Part shown: one piece after another, positions 29,101-35,285 of the stretch
Position numbering within the stretch: position 1 is the stretch's first letter
How the letters are laid out: every line of letters begins with the position of its first letter
Source of the DNA: Patescibacteria group bacterium
Lineage (GTDB): Bacteria; Patescibacteriota; Minisyncoccia; Phycocordibacterales; UBA918
Direction: 5' to 3'
Assembly (NCBI GenBank): GCA_038065355.1
Contig: JBBTRC010000005.1
Coordinates: forward strand, 30,530 to 94,529
DNA: 64,000 nucleotides
Notes under the pieces: generated by a model
The model's input: the letters and a program-made list of their open reading frames with translations, nothing else
What the model was told of the DNA's origin: nothing
The model's database searches: none
Translations under genes and position numbers: made by a program

Positions 29101-30704
29101 CCTCCAAGCAAGCTTCGCCAGCCGCGGATCAAAGCGTTACGTTGTTCGTTATACCGTAGGTTAAATACCGGACGTTCAAATCTGCCAAAGTTGAGTTGTT
29201 CACTGACAAGCGTGGTATAGATGGGAGCTTTAAGATGCGTGAGGGCGGCCGGAAGTCCGCGGGCTTTCAGATCTTCCTTGGTAATGACCCGGGTGTGAAG
29301 TTCGAGCCAGACTGCATCAAGAAACATTCCATCTAAAAACTCACTTTCACCATGGTAGCGAAGCACCACAGTGGTACTTGCGAGTGTTTGCACATTCTTT
29401 ACAACCGGTAAGGCGAACAGGAAGTAGCCGCCATTCTGCGCATTTGATACTTCGTCCTCAAGCAAGATGCCGCCGACTGATTGAAGCTGGCTGCCGTCGC
29501 CATAGAGTACTTCAATGTACGGGGCCGTCCCCGACGCAGGAGATTCAAGCTGCGCCGCAAACGATAACCTAAGCTGCATGCTGTCGATAAATTGACCGGG
29601 TTGAAGCGGCGCGGTGTCAAAACTTGAAAGCGTAATTTCATGGACTGATTGGCCGCTCTGTGTGAGTGGAGTTTCCGGTGCTTCGTCGAGAATGGTACTC
29701 GTCGTTGCAATGCTCGATGTCGCCAGGTTCGCCGTGGTTGACGAGTTGGATGACGCACCGTTTGAGTCAGTAAGCAAAGCGGGCAAAGATGAGCTTGCCT
29801 TCTCTGTGGTAGTAGTTGGTGTCGTTTCTGTTTCCGTAATCGCTATTTCCGTTTCTGTCGTGCTGTCAATCTCGGTCAGAGTGGAATCGACAACAGCCGT
29901 GCTCGCTTCCGATTCTTCGGACGTTATTGGACTGGTGCTCGTCAGTGTAAGCTCCGCCAGCGGAAACAAACCAAAAGCTTGTTCAAACACGCCCCATACG
30001 GTGCGCGCCGTTGTTCCGCTCTCCAATCGCGACACTTCTTCAATAGGAACCGACTCGGCGGGGGGAGGAGTCACCACCTCATCAACCGGTTCTGGTGCTA
30101 CCTCTGGAACGTCGACCGGTGTCGCCGCCTCTTCGCTCGCTTCGCTTTCCTCATTCGCAGTGTCGGTTGGGACTGTCTCGCTGTCAGCCTCGCTCGCCGG
30201 CAAGGATTCTTGTGAAGCTTGTTCATTGGAAGAAGCGGCCGTAGTTGATGACACAGTCGGTGATACGGACGAAGAAGATGAGCTTCCGTGTAATGCGTCA
30301 ATCTTAATTAGAGATGTCGAGCTGGCGTGAGATCTGGTAAAAGAATTTGGCAATATCAGTGCGCCTTGTGGCACGTAGGCAGAGTTTATTGCCGAGAATT
30401 CCTGGTACAAGGCATCGTCGGCCAGATCCTGTGAGAAAACATTTTCAACGCCCGCCCAGTCTGCTGTTTCAGCCTCAACGGGATAGATGTTGACCGTTTG
30501 GATTGTGCCAAAATTCAAAACTTGGTTGCGCTTCGACTCAGCGGTTTCTGAAAGCGAGACATTCACCACAATAAGGAGAAGGAGCGCGACCATTGCCTGC
30601 CACAGCAGTCGACCACTAACAAAACCCCGCATCTCACTTTCAGGCGCTTTAAATAACAGTTTTATGAAATTATGTCTTGTGTTGTGACAGCTTTTTTTCT
30701 TCAC
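14109..30704 (-). CDS. Giant multidomain surface protein, 5531 aa. Order: N-terminal TM anchor; acidic Ser/Thr/Glu-rich spacer; triple phage tail-collar-like HTHT repeats; FN3-like modules; predicted beta-propeller with six W-x-G-S-x-W repeats; long beta-helix-like Gly/Thr-rich repeats including three ~770-aa super-repeats; DUF2341-like and LamG/ConA-like lectin domains; Cys-rich region; conserved C-terminal YWGIAVPFG...QGQNVF motif.
   Basis: Uninterrupted 16.6 kb ORF. Domain calls from motifs read in the translation: TGGATTHTHT...LPAYRELRVIQY x3; DLRFTDESGTTTLPFWIG...VWVQV...YMYYNN; three WTGATL(A/R)L... units at residues ~2947, 3748 and 4509. True start may be the downstream Met at ~30632 (MRGFVSGRLLWQAMVALLLLIVV). 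Confidence 0.85.
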   Translation of the reverse strand: MKKKSCHNTRHNFIKLLFKAPESEMRGFVSGRLLWQAMVALLLLIVVNVSLSETAESKRNQVLNFGTIQTVNIYPVEAETADWAGVENVFSQDLADDALYQEFSAINSAYVPQGALILPNSFTRSHASSTSLIKIDALHGSSSSSSVSPTVSSTTAASSNEQASQESLPASEADSETVPTDTANEESEASEEAATPVDVPEVAPEPVDEVVTPPPAESVPIEEVSRLESGTTARTVWGVFEQAFGLFPLAELTLTSTSPITSEESEASTAVVDSTLTEIDSTTETEIAITETETTPTTTTEKASSSLPALLTDSNGASSNSSTTANLATSSIATTSTILDEAPETPLTQSGQSVHEITLSSFDTAPLQPGQFIDSMQLRLSFAAQLESPASGTAPYIEVLYGDGSQLQSVGGILLEDEVSNAQNGGYFLFALPVVKNVQTLASTTVVLRYHGESEFLDGMFLDAVWLELHTRVITKEDLKARGLPAALTHLKAPIYTTLVSEQLNFGRFERPVFNLRYNEQRNALIRGWRSLLGGNVVTVESVLVRHQGEGPIGISPRITTTKEGLITVEFEDEDLAKLRPGNYAVELSLNEGGVVFTDTFSFAWGILSMNPSQSEYQTGETAEISIGALSPNGHTICQASFNLFVTDPAGIITVPAVTESGFCDGNNVIDVPDFSAAVPTTLPGTYELYLERLDENGNVLAFTSDTFLVADDQPLAILRDGPTRIYPPAPYPMNLTVETNRSFTGTLTERIPAEFDVFNTDATITQTGNEKILTWDISILGAGAETVSYDFDAPDLSPYLYNLGPAELINDNQSPTVVSGTSTATSAEPTAASFLEHRQWQIASDAVGNMILFWDNGSAIPTGWTCLSCGSGTFYQRFAYGSSTYNTTGGATTHTHTAVGSVLATTLASTESGSGTIAPVAHTHTYSPTIASASNLPAYRELRVIQYTDAAGEPTDIPTGAIGIFDATVPSGWTRYSAQDGYYIYGGNTPGTTGGGNTHTHAISGTTGTAGGTGTRNRGGGAATGALSTHTHTVGGSTASTSTEPRYIEVILGKLDATTTPPNGLIAMWTEEVDGSWLDISSLSGDPFNQRFLKASTTFSATGGQNTHTNADVTGITSSAPSANSPGNQPGGTAGASGAHTHSVNVNSFSTVSHLPPYLTVVFGKRQGTDPVYTEQAFRWYVNNNAQVPTDPWPSGASDLAENEPVTAVSTPVKEGERIRLRLNTSVSNATSSAGSTFTLQYAAAATCSAAGGWRDVGDISSTTALWRGYNNTSVSDSGTLTSQLLASSTVAETYEENGYASSTPNQITVGDFGEWDFVLQHNNAVPGTNYCFRLVEGDGSAFSTYGNYPQIYTNDAPGTLVLETPFDNEKTASTTPWFEFYATDAESDKIHYEIEIDNNYDFSSPVHDLDTQNASEDDYFENQVLISDKAPFIQGNLIRVIPPSSLTNGTTYYWRVRAEDPDGSADWGNWSTTYSVTVDTALTASAWFQTEDEQFDTNALSGVQTGSDQVSLISGSTTGTMISGAIDFDDGALGTAWDNFVFSDTETAGDIKYQIEYLDTDDTWSLVPDSALTGNSSGFDTSPVSLLTLDTDTYNVLRIVATFTNSGGSPSLQDWTINWGYRVETPTITKLFANEQVGTTTPTFEFTTADPQNDSLTYQLQWSLTPDFTSSTTRTSDTAAGFTNIDTGLDTDPFNSGETIQFTIQPADALSGSTTYWWRVRAKDTTGDDAYSFWTEARSFTMVPGTDVSTWFQTTEEQFDSNILSGTIALSNDTVTVATTATEAMLVYGEGTETQPRYRQWDGSLWGSEGTLLDIGAPLRRVVVEAGATREEYVAATAGSDADVNVQVFATGEWANLLELTTNVGNINAQGFDIAYETNSGDALVAYCDGDADPSYYIWNGSGWTSGGTINLNSTSNCEWLQLAADPTSDEIVFLARDAAGNQYEAQVWSGSSWGNATTQGSIVDTAHEGMAVMYEESGGQALIVTSDGNPARFRWNSWNGTTWGTAATEAIGDDLEWARLSRDVGSDAMVLCYQDEDTAAGVVRWTGSAWAGQTELVTDANGNAKTDPGFDCVYEDTTGRNGYIMTAISTTTAVGYFTYNASTWSSISNVDTLGDNATLQLARAGDNTILGVFFDDPSDTYQASTWNGTTWSSLSALETNASVDTSPFGHPYSLAPRNPGREGTTVVSPALDFNDGTGPYWDSFSWNDATPGTSVASYHLEYYTATGSWAFIPDADLPGNVAGTTTGPFDLSNLNTNTYNVIRPYAELACDGSGNCPSISDWKIDWAGGITVSGTIAEYDQATAVTSGTVAVAVNGVLQTGKTGTVGGGTWSISNVTAFPGDVVSVFVTSAPDANEAVGVTRYDGQGDIDGMVLYERHLTLGSNDATTTPLTDADIGLYDFTNTEDVFFDLSGSTLSLCAGGGCTDVELHILADTYYTPGGRFVTHDFENNGIFVAGSYTHEVNGSWDNNATTTLTGSTVVFSATSTSETIDNTGAVNTTFANLTFGTTTGSGAWTPLTALDVDGNLSVNRGTLARGTTAITVAGNVVTGVSGFWTGIGTTTFDGNTASTWNDQNVVKQNVGHVVVDGTSKIVTLAGTVTAESITIGANDTLDASTSNFDITVYGRWNNQNNFVSRSGEVRFAATSSTHAITTAGDAFYDLTFNGSGGSWSFTEPTLHASNDVQVTAGTVTLPTATTTVGGSFLVTSGTFAHNNGTLYFTSNAAETLTFAGGTFTNVANNLTFNGGGSWTVLDINATSTNDVRVLQGTLNFPAGVFAIGGTLIDGGGSFAGGTGTLLFYSSVAEVLTTGGSTYHSVQFDGSGSWSFSDTTATMTGDLFIAQGTLSLPSATLALGGSYQNAASVLPGSGTILFNSTDAGEIVDFGNSALYNVTFNSMTGGWTIAAPATTTNSFALTNASDFTLAPSQTLSVGATFTNNVGGASTTWTGATLALRSGSYSLNSKVDNGDAYHTISVGTSTQVAMWYSSATTYSTQSGGALYSQDHGAVDGDLYIFGDYTRTSGTEHWSYATDFDGASLAGGSERAIDVRFASDATASFTDSTLSITGTSTASTTIRNQSTGTYTVAVTGGTTTAQYYEFTDLGLSGLSLLGGTYVSNLRDGSYTVAAGGGTAITLSSTTINANPAKQIFNVNFATTTAISATNVAQTDGAPTSFWWFREGSGNLYGENFDNDTGDPGSVRFDDSSLAITVAGTVYSDAGTTPLVGGTCDGVDQVVRVVVENGASYTGSCSNVDGTYSIGGIVIVGDPTLTIYLDDASGDERGSVVTRTPTADITDLDIYVNRVIVRNEDTEALTIANLATYDFSNDTDLRYLAATTSNPNTLTTLAGTELFVFASSTFTPNGVVTLAANAAANSYDGTLYLGENATMNAYSTSTLTIGGRLVLENGATFDAASTTVHMNATSSGKSITASSTIAFNELEFNGSGGSWNVGADIVTNGDLTLTAGTVTGTGDITLQNGSLSGNGILSFGAGTTTIANTNTLGGTSPWTFYNLQLGDGIDIGTTTPVFTSTTTISGRLTIAPAHFLDAGGTAWDLAGTGTVFIENGTLLEDTSTIRYSGAGANVLSTRYYNLELNAAVGSPTYTATGLGIIVDNDLSIGGAAATTFNLSTSDPALDVNGDVFIESNGTLGASDTASFTVAGNYENNGVFTSNNGTLTFDGAGTQIIAAGTSSFGNVVINTTGDITITEHATATVAWRLLNANTFTAGSGQVLAVGGTFVNDEGGAATTWTGATLRLYGGGNYSINTATTTDSYDTLSIGDTTQIRMWNSSAGTYDVESTASLYSQDHGAQNGDLYIWGAYRKSTGTDHWSYSTDFDGTNLSGSERQTDVYFAPGASALYTGGALAVYGVSSASTTLQNQGAGTYALTIGGTASTSLRYYEVRDTGSDGIIFTGLPQVTTLSNGDFGVSQTGGSAITVGGSVITNNPAKNFTQNRFALDGVGSAFNVTATGTTVSAWRFANHYGDIDGEANDVDPGGDPGYVAWDDSAALITVAGAVYSDEGTTVSNVCDGSSNVIVLTVAGITSYTASCNATTGAYSISNVSYGTTDSLVVYISGTSSEGATVTKEPISNIGDLDIYENRVIVRHENVNPITIADLAVWDSGDDADIPFTAVNAGTDTLILPANRKLIVWDAKEFAPSGNVTVAGGGAGADYDGTLELHADALWTGQGTETLSVGGSMILGNNADFVSSNGTTTFTTTGAARTIDVNEHSFHHLDFTGSGSWVISDNTLTVDGNLRKSAGALTFPIGTSTFAGSLVQTGGTFDANGGHALFTGSGIVTEGGSDLAGVTFSGAAYTWGDTNATTTGVFTVESGTITLPSGRLTVGGDFANTGGSIIHNTADLKLINATTATLLASSSDLYAVNFAGGGAYTMLDEDITFLDSVFITDGNVTLASGTLSVGGSFDASGGTFSHASNTVLFNSSDSGEFIDPGVSSFYNVQIGAPTGGYTLAASATTTNNFTLASASSFTLQSGATLKVEGVFLNSVGGAATTWTGSALALDGANAYSLNTKTTGGDVYDGLTIGAASDIRMWNSRATSTVAANASLYSQDHNAVDGALNIYGDFTIGTTSEYWSYATDFDGVSLLGSERVVTVQHEANATTTLLSGSLAVVGESGNETTITNQGSGTYSVNVAGGTLNAQRYIFRNLGANGLSLSGTPAITSLSYGDFELAVDGGTLLTLSSTTLNANASMVHTGNRFATTTAISGANITMTGSTSNAWTFVSHTGNLDGEAFDVDGVDDCGSVRWSDSACLLTQQTGYRWRNDDGGLGVPDSEWYDAAWNARKQVRVVNADATNYTNAAVQLYVEYDSDMQADFGDLRFTDESGTTTLPFWIGSTTASTIAEVWVQVATLPAEETATVYMYYNNPTATTTSSSTDVFIAADDFEDDDISEYSGQTSLFNTGTSFAYDGTYGLDNSGNTTGRANLGGIYRFGQTVSQGETIRFWQYVDTAGTSDETCTKFAVQGTNVPNDNYAVCVELPGTDHIAVVEDVTENESSGATLATADVSFTTGWYEFELDWGTDDTLFLSLYDASHSLVATTSATDSSYTSGGIGFTYWFNQGGFDSFSSRPTLATEPTILFGAEQADGGASFAAAQNTAATFSVTDTARLRVVVENSGLAIGGQEFRLEFASQDTAPSCEAVDEADYAPVPPQASCGTSAVCMQTSNNVTDSASVADLLVNAEGAFTAGEVREDPSNTTSAIDVDQNEYTELEYVITPTSNVIDENLCFRVTDNGTFYDTYLQVAKMSLRFDPIVDSITLNNGEAISLLPGTTTAVVATGTVTDLNGYTDLSHATGTFYRGGVVGGASCAVDNNNCYSVGGSACTFTDCAGDSCTVSCQADIYFHADPTDTGSAYDGEEWFAFLEVEDTGGGYDFGTSIGQELNTLRAIDIDGAIDYGSVAVTEDTGSVNATTSIENQGNVEINIEVEGTDMTDGYSSTIPSTKQKFATSTFTYSGCGASCNLLSSTTPVVLNVDLSKPTTTTPPVADTVYWGIAVPFGVNSAPHQGQNVFTPVGP

Positions 30705-30716
30705 GCGTACAAGCCC

Positions 30717-30790
30717 ACCCGTTTCAAAAGTTAGAAAACGGGCTAATTATAAGTATACCGCGCAAAGCTTTTCTCTGTGCGCGGTATTCT
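30717..30790 (-). terminator. Two hairpins (cccgttt...aaacggg and taccgcgca...tgcgcggta) between the cassette B cohesin-like gene and the giant gene. Probable terminator/attenuator region; a T-run is adjacent on the plus strand only.
   Basis: Inverted repeats read directly from the sequence. Weak U-tract on the minus strand, so the termination role is uncertain. Confidence 0.35.
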
Positions 30791-30817
30791 TACTTTTTGG
30801 GGATAGGGACTGTAGTG

Positions 30818-32356
30818 TTACTTCAAAATTGACTTTACGTCATTAATTTCTTTTTCGATCAAGGTTTCCGAAACTTCAAGCGCTTGAGCTAGACCTTCCA
30901 CTGCCTGCTTTTCATTCTTGGAAAGTCGTTTGCGTTTGGTAATAGTGTTCACTTGGTCGTAAATTTCGTCACGAAGCGCCGAAAATATTTTTTCCATTTG
31001 ATCTTGTATTTCTCTTGTCTCCCGACGAAGTTTTTCTTCTTTTTCCCTCAGCTGTTTATGCTCGTACCAGTAGTACACGATTTGAAGTAGAATTATAACA
31101 ATCAAGAACGCGATGAAGAGGTTCGTTGGAGTAAGAAAGTCGAACAACGACACCTCCTCCACCACTTCAACGGGCTTTACCCAGCCAGCCGTTATGAGTA
31201 CGGCGGTACTGCCTTCCCGCACGTTGCCGGCTTTGTCGGTCGCCACTACCTTTACGGTGTAGGTGCCATCTTCAAGTTCCTTCAGCAAATACCCAAGTCG
31301 TGCCTCATCAGGAGTGATGTGAATTGGCTCTTTATTGGCCACCGTCATATCGTAGTACTCGATACCGGAGGTAAGATCCTTCGCCTCAAAGACTATAAGT
31401 GGGAACGAGTTTGGTGTGGTACCCGCGCGTACGCTGATAGCAAACGGTTGCGGCGGCTGTGTGTCGATTTGCAACTTGCGGTTCGTGACCGCGCCCCAGC
31501 CAACTTGGTTTTGGAAGTTTACGCTCACGTACTGAACGCCCTCTTTTAGCAACTCACTGGACACCGCAAATTCTTCAACCGGCGGATCGAGGACTGCATC
31601 TTCATTCTCTTCAGGTTTGTTGTCACTGTCGCTCGCAATCTCGACCGCAACCGCCGTTATATCGAATGGGAGTGTCCAGGTGAAGACTCCCTCGGTTTTG
31701 TTGTACCACACGTCTGGATCAAGGAAAGTCTGTGAGCCAACTTCCGGAGGCCGCGGAGGATCGCCAAAGATAATGGCTTCGTCCTCGTCAGTGTTTGGCG
31801 TTGGTGTGACCGAAGAAGGAGGCGGGGTTGGTGTCGGAGTTGGTGTCGCCGCACCAGTGATTGTATAGTTTCCGCCGGTTGAGTTCTTATACACATCGGT
31901 GCCGCGTCCATCAGCGGCCAAGACAGAGGCGTTACTGAAAGTGACACTGCCGGCTCCCTGTGCCACCGTACGGAAGGTGATCGTCAGAATATTTGATGTA
32001 TTGCTAAATGGAGTCGGACTACCGCCGCCGAAGCTCACCGTACCATTGGCGTTTGAAAAAGTTGGTTCGGTCGTCCAGAGCGAAAACACCGACCCGTCCT
32101 TACTCACACTCACTACCGAAAGCGCTTTAGGATCAAATTTTAGCGTCGACTCAACCGCGTTTACGTTGTCCCCATTGGGGGCAACCTTGACTACGGTGGT
32201 GAAAGTCTGGCCTGCGGCGTACGTCCCGGTACTCGGCGTGAGGGACAAGTCGGCAGCAAACACACTCGTATGAAAGGCAAAGAAAAACAAACCGACCACT
32301 AACGGGAGTAAGTGCAGTTTGAATTTCTGTAATAATGTTGGAAGGGACTGTGACAT
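30818..32356 (-). CDS. Scaffoldin-like membrane protein, paralog of 479..2233. Signal peptide, cohesin-like domain, Pro/Thr linker, Ig-like region, TM, cytoplasmic coiled-coil tail.
   Basis: 512-aa ORF. VFSLWTTEPTFSNANGTVSFGGGSPTPFSNTSNILTITFRT aligns with the 479..2233 cohesin-like motif. TM FIAFLIVIILLQIVYYW followed by EKEEKLRRETREIQDQ... heptads. Confidence 0.75.
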   Translation of the reverse strand: MSQSLPTLLQKFKLHLLPLVVGLFFFAFHTSVFAADLSLTPSTGTYAAGQTFTTVVKVAPNGDNVNAVESTLKFDPKALSVVSVSKDGSVFSLWTTEPTFSNANGTVSFGGGSPTPFSNTSNILTITFRTVAQGAGSVTFSNASVLAADGRGTDVYKNSTGGNYTITGAATPTPTPTPPPSSVTPTPNTDEDEAIIFGDPPRPPEVGSQTFLDPDVWYNKTEGVFTWTLPFDITAVAVEIASDSDNKPEENEDAVLDPPVEEFAVSSELLKEGVQYVSVNFQNQVGWGAVTNRKLQIDTQPPQPFAISVRAGTTPNSFPLIVFEAKDLTSGIEYYDMTVANKEPIHITPDEARLGYLLKELEDGTYTVKVVATDKAGNVREGSTAVLITAGWVKPVEVVEEVSLFDFLTPTNLFIAFLIVIILLQIVYYWYEHKQLREKEEKLRRETREIQDQMEKIFSALRDEIYDQVNTITKRKRLSKNEKQAVEGLAQALEVSETLIEKEINDVKSILK

Positions 32357-32381
32357 AAGAACTGAAAGAGCTGGTCGTTGA

Positions 32382-32855
32382 TTATTCTTTTTGAGACACC
32401 GTTCCCTTGGTGCCTCGAGTGACTTTTAATTTTACTTTCTCCTTCTCACCCGGCTTCAGCAATGGAAGAATGAGGATGAGAACACCATTTTTAATTTTTG
32501 CTTCGGCTTTCTCAATGTTGACACTTTCCGGCAGAATAATGCGCCGGTAAAAATCTCCCCACACGCACTCTTCTGCAACGAACGCTCCTTTGACTTTGGT
32601 TTTGGGGAACACGATGTACTCCGGCCGCACACGCTTTCCTTCGATGAGGACAATGTCAGCGTCACCCTCAATCGAGACGTGCACATCGTTCATATCAGCA
32701 CCAGCAGATTGTGCGTACACGACAATCATGTGTTCATTTTGGAACACATCGACGTGTAGTTGCGCCACTTTATCAACCGCGGTTTCTTCCGCATCTGATT
32801 GTAGCGATTCGCCGGATCGAACTCCCCTCCCCTTAAGCCGCTGCAGAAAAGACAT
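32382..32855 (-). CDS. Small heat-shock protein, Hsp20/alpha-crystallin family.
   Basis: 157-aa ORF with alpha-crystallin domain hallmarks (HVDVFQNEHMIVVYA...GDFYRRIILPESVNIEKAEAKIKNGVLILILP). Confidence 0.8.
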   Translation of the reverse strand: MSFLQRLKGRGVRSGESLQSDAEETAVDKVAQLHVDVFQNEHMIVVYAQSAGADMNDVHVSIEGDADIVLIEGKRVRPEYIVFPKTKVKGAFVAEECVWGDFYRRIILPESVNIEKAEAKIKNGVLILILPLLKPGEKEKVKLKVTRGTKGTVSQKE

Positions 32856-32918
32856 ACTTCTACATTATATAGTGTAGTTTTTCTTTTTAACTCACTTTTA
32901 CCCACACACGGAAAGTGC

Positions 32919-34814
32919 TTAACCCGTCCAATTGAAGAGCATGATTGAAAAGTCGGTGAGGTTTACACGACCGTCGCGGTTGATATCGGCCGGTGGATCT
33001 GAATCTCCGCCGCTCCCATTCCACCAAAACAGCAAAATTGAAAAGTCGGTGAGGTTTACACGACCGTCGCGGTTGAGGTCTGCGTTCAGTGGTACCGACG
33101 CTGACTGTCCGACGCCATAGAACGTGTAGTTCGAAAAGTTCGTACTCACGCCGCTGGTTTGTACAGATTTTGCTCGTACCTGGTAGGTACCGACGGAAAA
33201 GCCGTCTGTGTTTGTGGTGGCTGTCCACTTGCCGCTAGCATCCGCTGTCGCAGTGATAGCTGTACCACCAGTATTCACTTTGCCATTCTCGAGGGTGATG
33301 TTGGAATTTGGAAGACCGTACCCAGAAAACGTGACTGTTTGCCCAGGTGAGACTGGATTCGGACTTACTTTTATTGAGGGTGCTACGTTCACATTTGAAA
33401 GCGTGGAGGTTCGGGCACCAGTGACTGTAAATGATGTACTAAATGTCGAAGAACGGACAGCGTCAGGACCCTCGGCGTAGACGCCGAAGGTGTAGGCACC
33501 ACGGGCTATTTCGTCGAGTGTGAGAGAATACACGCCGGTGCTATTACTTCTTACCGTTTGTGCAACCTTGCCATCAACTAAAGTGGTAACGGTGCTGTTT
33601 GGGTAGGCATGTCCGGAAATGATGACTCGGCCGTCACCGCTTTGGTATGGTGCATCAGTTGATTCAAAACCGCCTCCAGCCGTATCGCCATCGTCTCCAC
33701 CCGAACCTCCTCCGCCACCACCACCCGAACCACCCGAACCCTCATCTTCACCCTCTTCCGGTTCTTCGCCGTCCGAACCGCCCGTGCTGCCGCCGGCACC
33801 GCTACCGGTTCCCGAGCCTTCATTTCCCGAACCGGTACCACTACCCTCAACGTCTCCTTCGGTATTTGGATCGCCGGTTGGAGTATCGTTGACTGTAAAC
33901 GTAATTATGAAGTCGTCGGTGTTAAAGTTGCCTTCGTCGTCGATACAGCGCACATAGAAAGTCTCTGTGGTGTTCGGTGTCACCGATACCACCTGTGAAT
34001 GGAAAACGAAGCCGGTGTTCGCGAAAACTAGCGACATTGAATTGAAATCGGTACCAGCCACAGTATCGTACCGACAGACAGCCAATTCGTCAGTCTCAAG
34101 CGAGAGTTCGACGCTCAGCGTGGTACCACCAACCGTACTGGTCGGTGCTCCGTTAAAGCGGTATGGCGGCACGACCTCGGTAGTGTCTACGTTCGGCACC
34201 GACACCTTTTCGACAATCGCAATTAAGAAGCCGGCGCGGGCGACGAGACCACCGTCATAGATTTCCATACGCACCTCATGGGTGCCCACTGTAGCCGAGT
34301 TCACGATTGGCTCCACGTCGCCAGCGGTCGTAGTCGTGCCAGTCGAGGTGCTGTAAGTAACAGAAGCCGGTACTGCATTTGATGTGTGATTGCCAACTCG
34401 AAACTGAATACGCTCCCCATTGCTTAACCCCGAGTCCGGCGCTAGTGTGTACCGTAGTAAGCCAGGGGTTCCTGGAGTAATCTCCACTTGGTCTACGCCG
34501 GCGGCGGCTGTGGCCGCCGCCGGCCTCGGCGTGCCGTCCACATACATTTCAACATTTCTTATAGCAAAGGTGGAAGTGGCCAATATTTCAAACCCAGCTG
34601 GCGGAGTAATCTCGATGACGCCCCCCGGCGACACGTCCGTGTTGAGCCGAAAATCAAACGTGTGGTTGGATTGGAAATTAGGGCCGGAGTCACTAAGCGT
34701 GTCTTTGTACTCAAGAATATTAAGCGCCTCTACTCGTCCTGCAGTCAGTAAAGATAGTACTCCGAGTACGAGTACAAGTGCCAAAAACGTCCACGCTTTC
34801 TGTACGGCGCTCAT
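32919..34814 (-). CDS. Secreted dockerin-containing protein with Ig-like modules and a long Gly/Ser/Glu linker. Dockerin paralog of 4845..5978.
   Basis: 631-aa ORF. Signal peptide. Linker GSGTGSGNEGSGTGSGAGGSTGGSDGEEPEEGEDEGSGGSGGGGGGGSGG. C-terminal DLNRDGRVNLTDFSILLFWW...DINRDGRVNLTDFSIMLFNW. Confidence 0.75.
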   Translation of the reverse strand: MSAVQKAWTFLALVLVLGVLSLLTAGRVEALNILEYKDTLSDSGPNFQSNHTFDFRLNTDVSPGGVIEITPPAGFEILATSTFAIRNVEMYVDGTPRPAAATAAAGVDQVEITPGTPGLLRYTLAPDSGLSNGERIQFRVGNHTSNAVPASVTYSTSTGTTTTAGDVEPIVNSATVGTHEVRMEIYDGGLVARAGFLIAIVEKVSVPNVDTTEVVPPYRFNGAPTSTVGGTTLSVELSLETDELAVCRYDTVAGTDFNSMSLVFANTGFVFHSQVVSVTPNTTETFYVRCIDDEGNFNTDDFIITFTVNDTPTGDPNTEGDVEGSGTGSGNEGSGTGSGAGGSTGGSDGEEPEEGEDEGSGGSGGGGGGGSGGDDGDTAGGGFESTDAPYQSGDGRVIISGHAYPNSTVTTLVDGKVAQTVRSNSTGVYSLTLDEIARGAYTFGVYAEGPDAVRSSTFSTSFTVTGARTSTLSNVNVAPSIKVSPNPVSPGQTVTFSGYGLPNSNITLENGKVNTGGTAITATADASGKWTATTNTDGFSVGTYQVRAKSVQTSGVSTNFSNYTFYGVGQSASVPLNADLNRDGRVNLTDFSILLFWWNGSGGDSDPPADINRDGRVNLTDFSIMLFNWTG

Positions 34815-34858
34815 TGCCTATATATTGTACCGTTCCCGAATGGCCAAAAACGAATGTA

Positions 34859-35260
34859 TTACACAGTTACGGCGTTTCTTTCTTCGCGCGAGCGCAAGTA
34901 GTCTAGCGTATAGTTCAACAAAATGAGCACCAGCAAAATAAACAAGATACTGGCAAGGACGTAGGTTGAGTAATTTTCACTTCCCCCAGAGCCAAGCCCG
35001 ATGTTGAGCTCGCGTTCTTTGAGCGCCGCCTCGCGAGCGTCAAGTTCCCGCTTTTGCGCGGTAAGCTCGGCCGTGAGCTGATTTAATTCGGTCGGCGCAA
35101 CACTGGCACCTACCCCAATGACACTTGCCACATAAGACTGCGTACCATGAGAAAGTACGGCAGTGCGGCTAAACAGAAGTCCGCTATCAAACACGAGTAC
35201 CAGCGCCAGCACGAGCGCGCCTACACGAAGCAATTTATGATAGTGCGTGTGTTCCATCAC
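34859..35260 (-). CDS. Small two-TM membrane protein with an intervening coiled-coil segment; unknown function.
   Basis: 133-aa ORF. Hydrophobic segments LRVGALVLALVLVF and LASILFILLVLILL. Heptad-like LTAELTAQKRELDAREAALKERE. Confidence 0.5.
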   Translation of the reverse strand: MMEHTHYHKLLRVGALVLALVLVFDSGLLFSRTAVLSHGTQSYVASVIGVGASVAPTELNQLTAELTAQKRELDAREAALKERELNIGLGSGGSENYSTYVLASILFILLVLILLNYTLDYLRSREERNAVTV

Positions 35261-35285
35261 ACATATATTGTACCAAAACTTGTAG

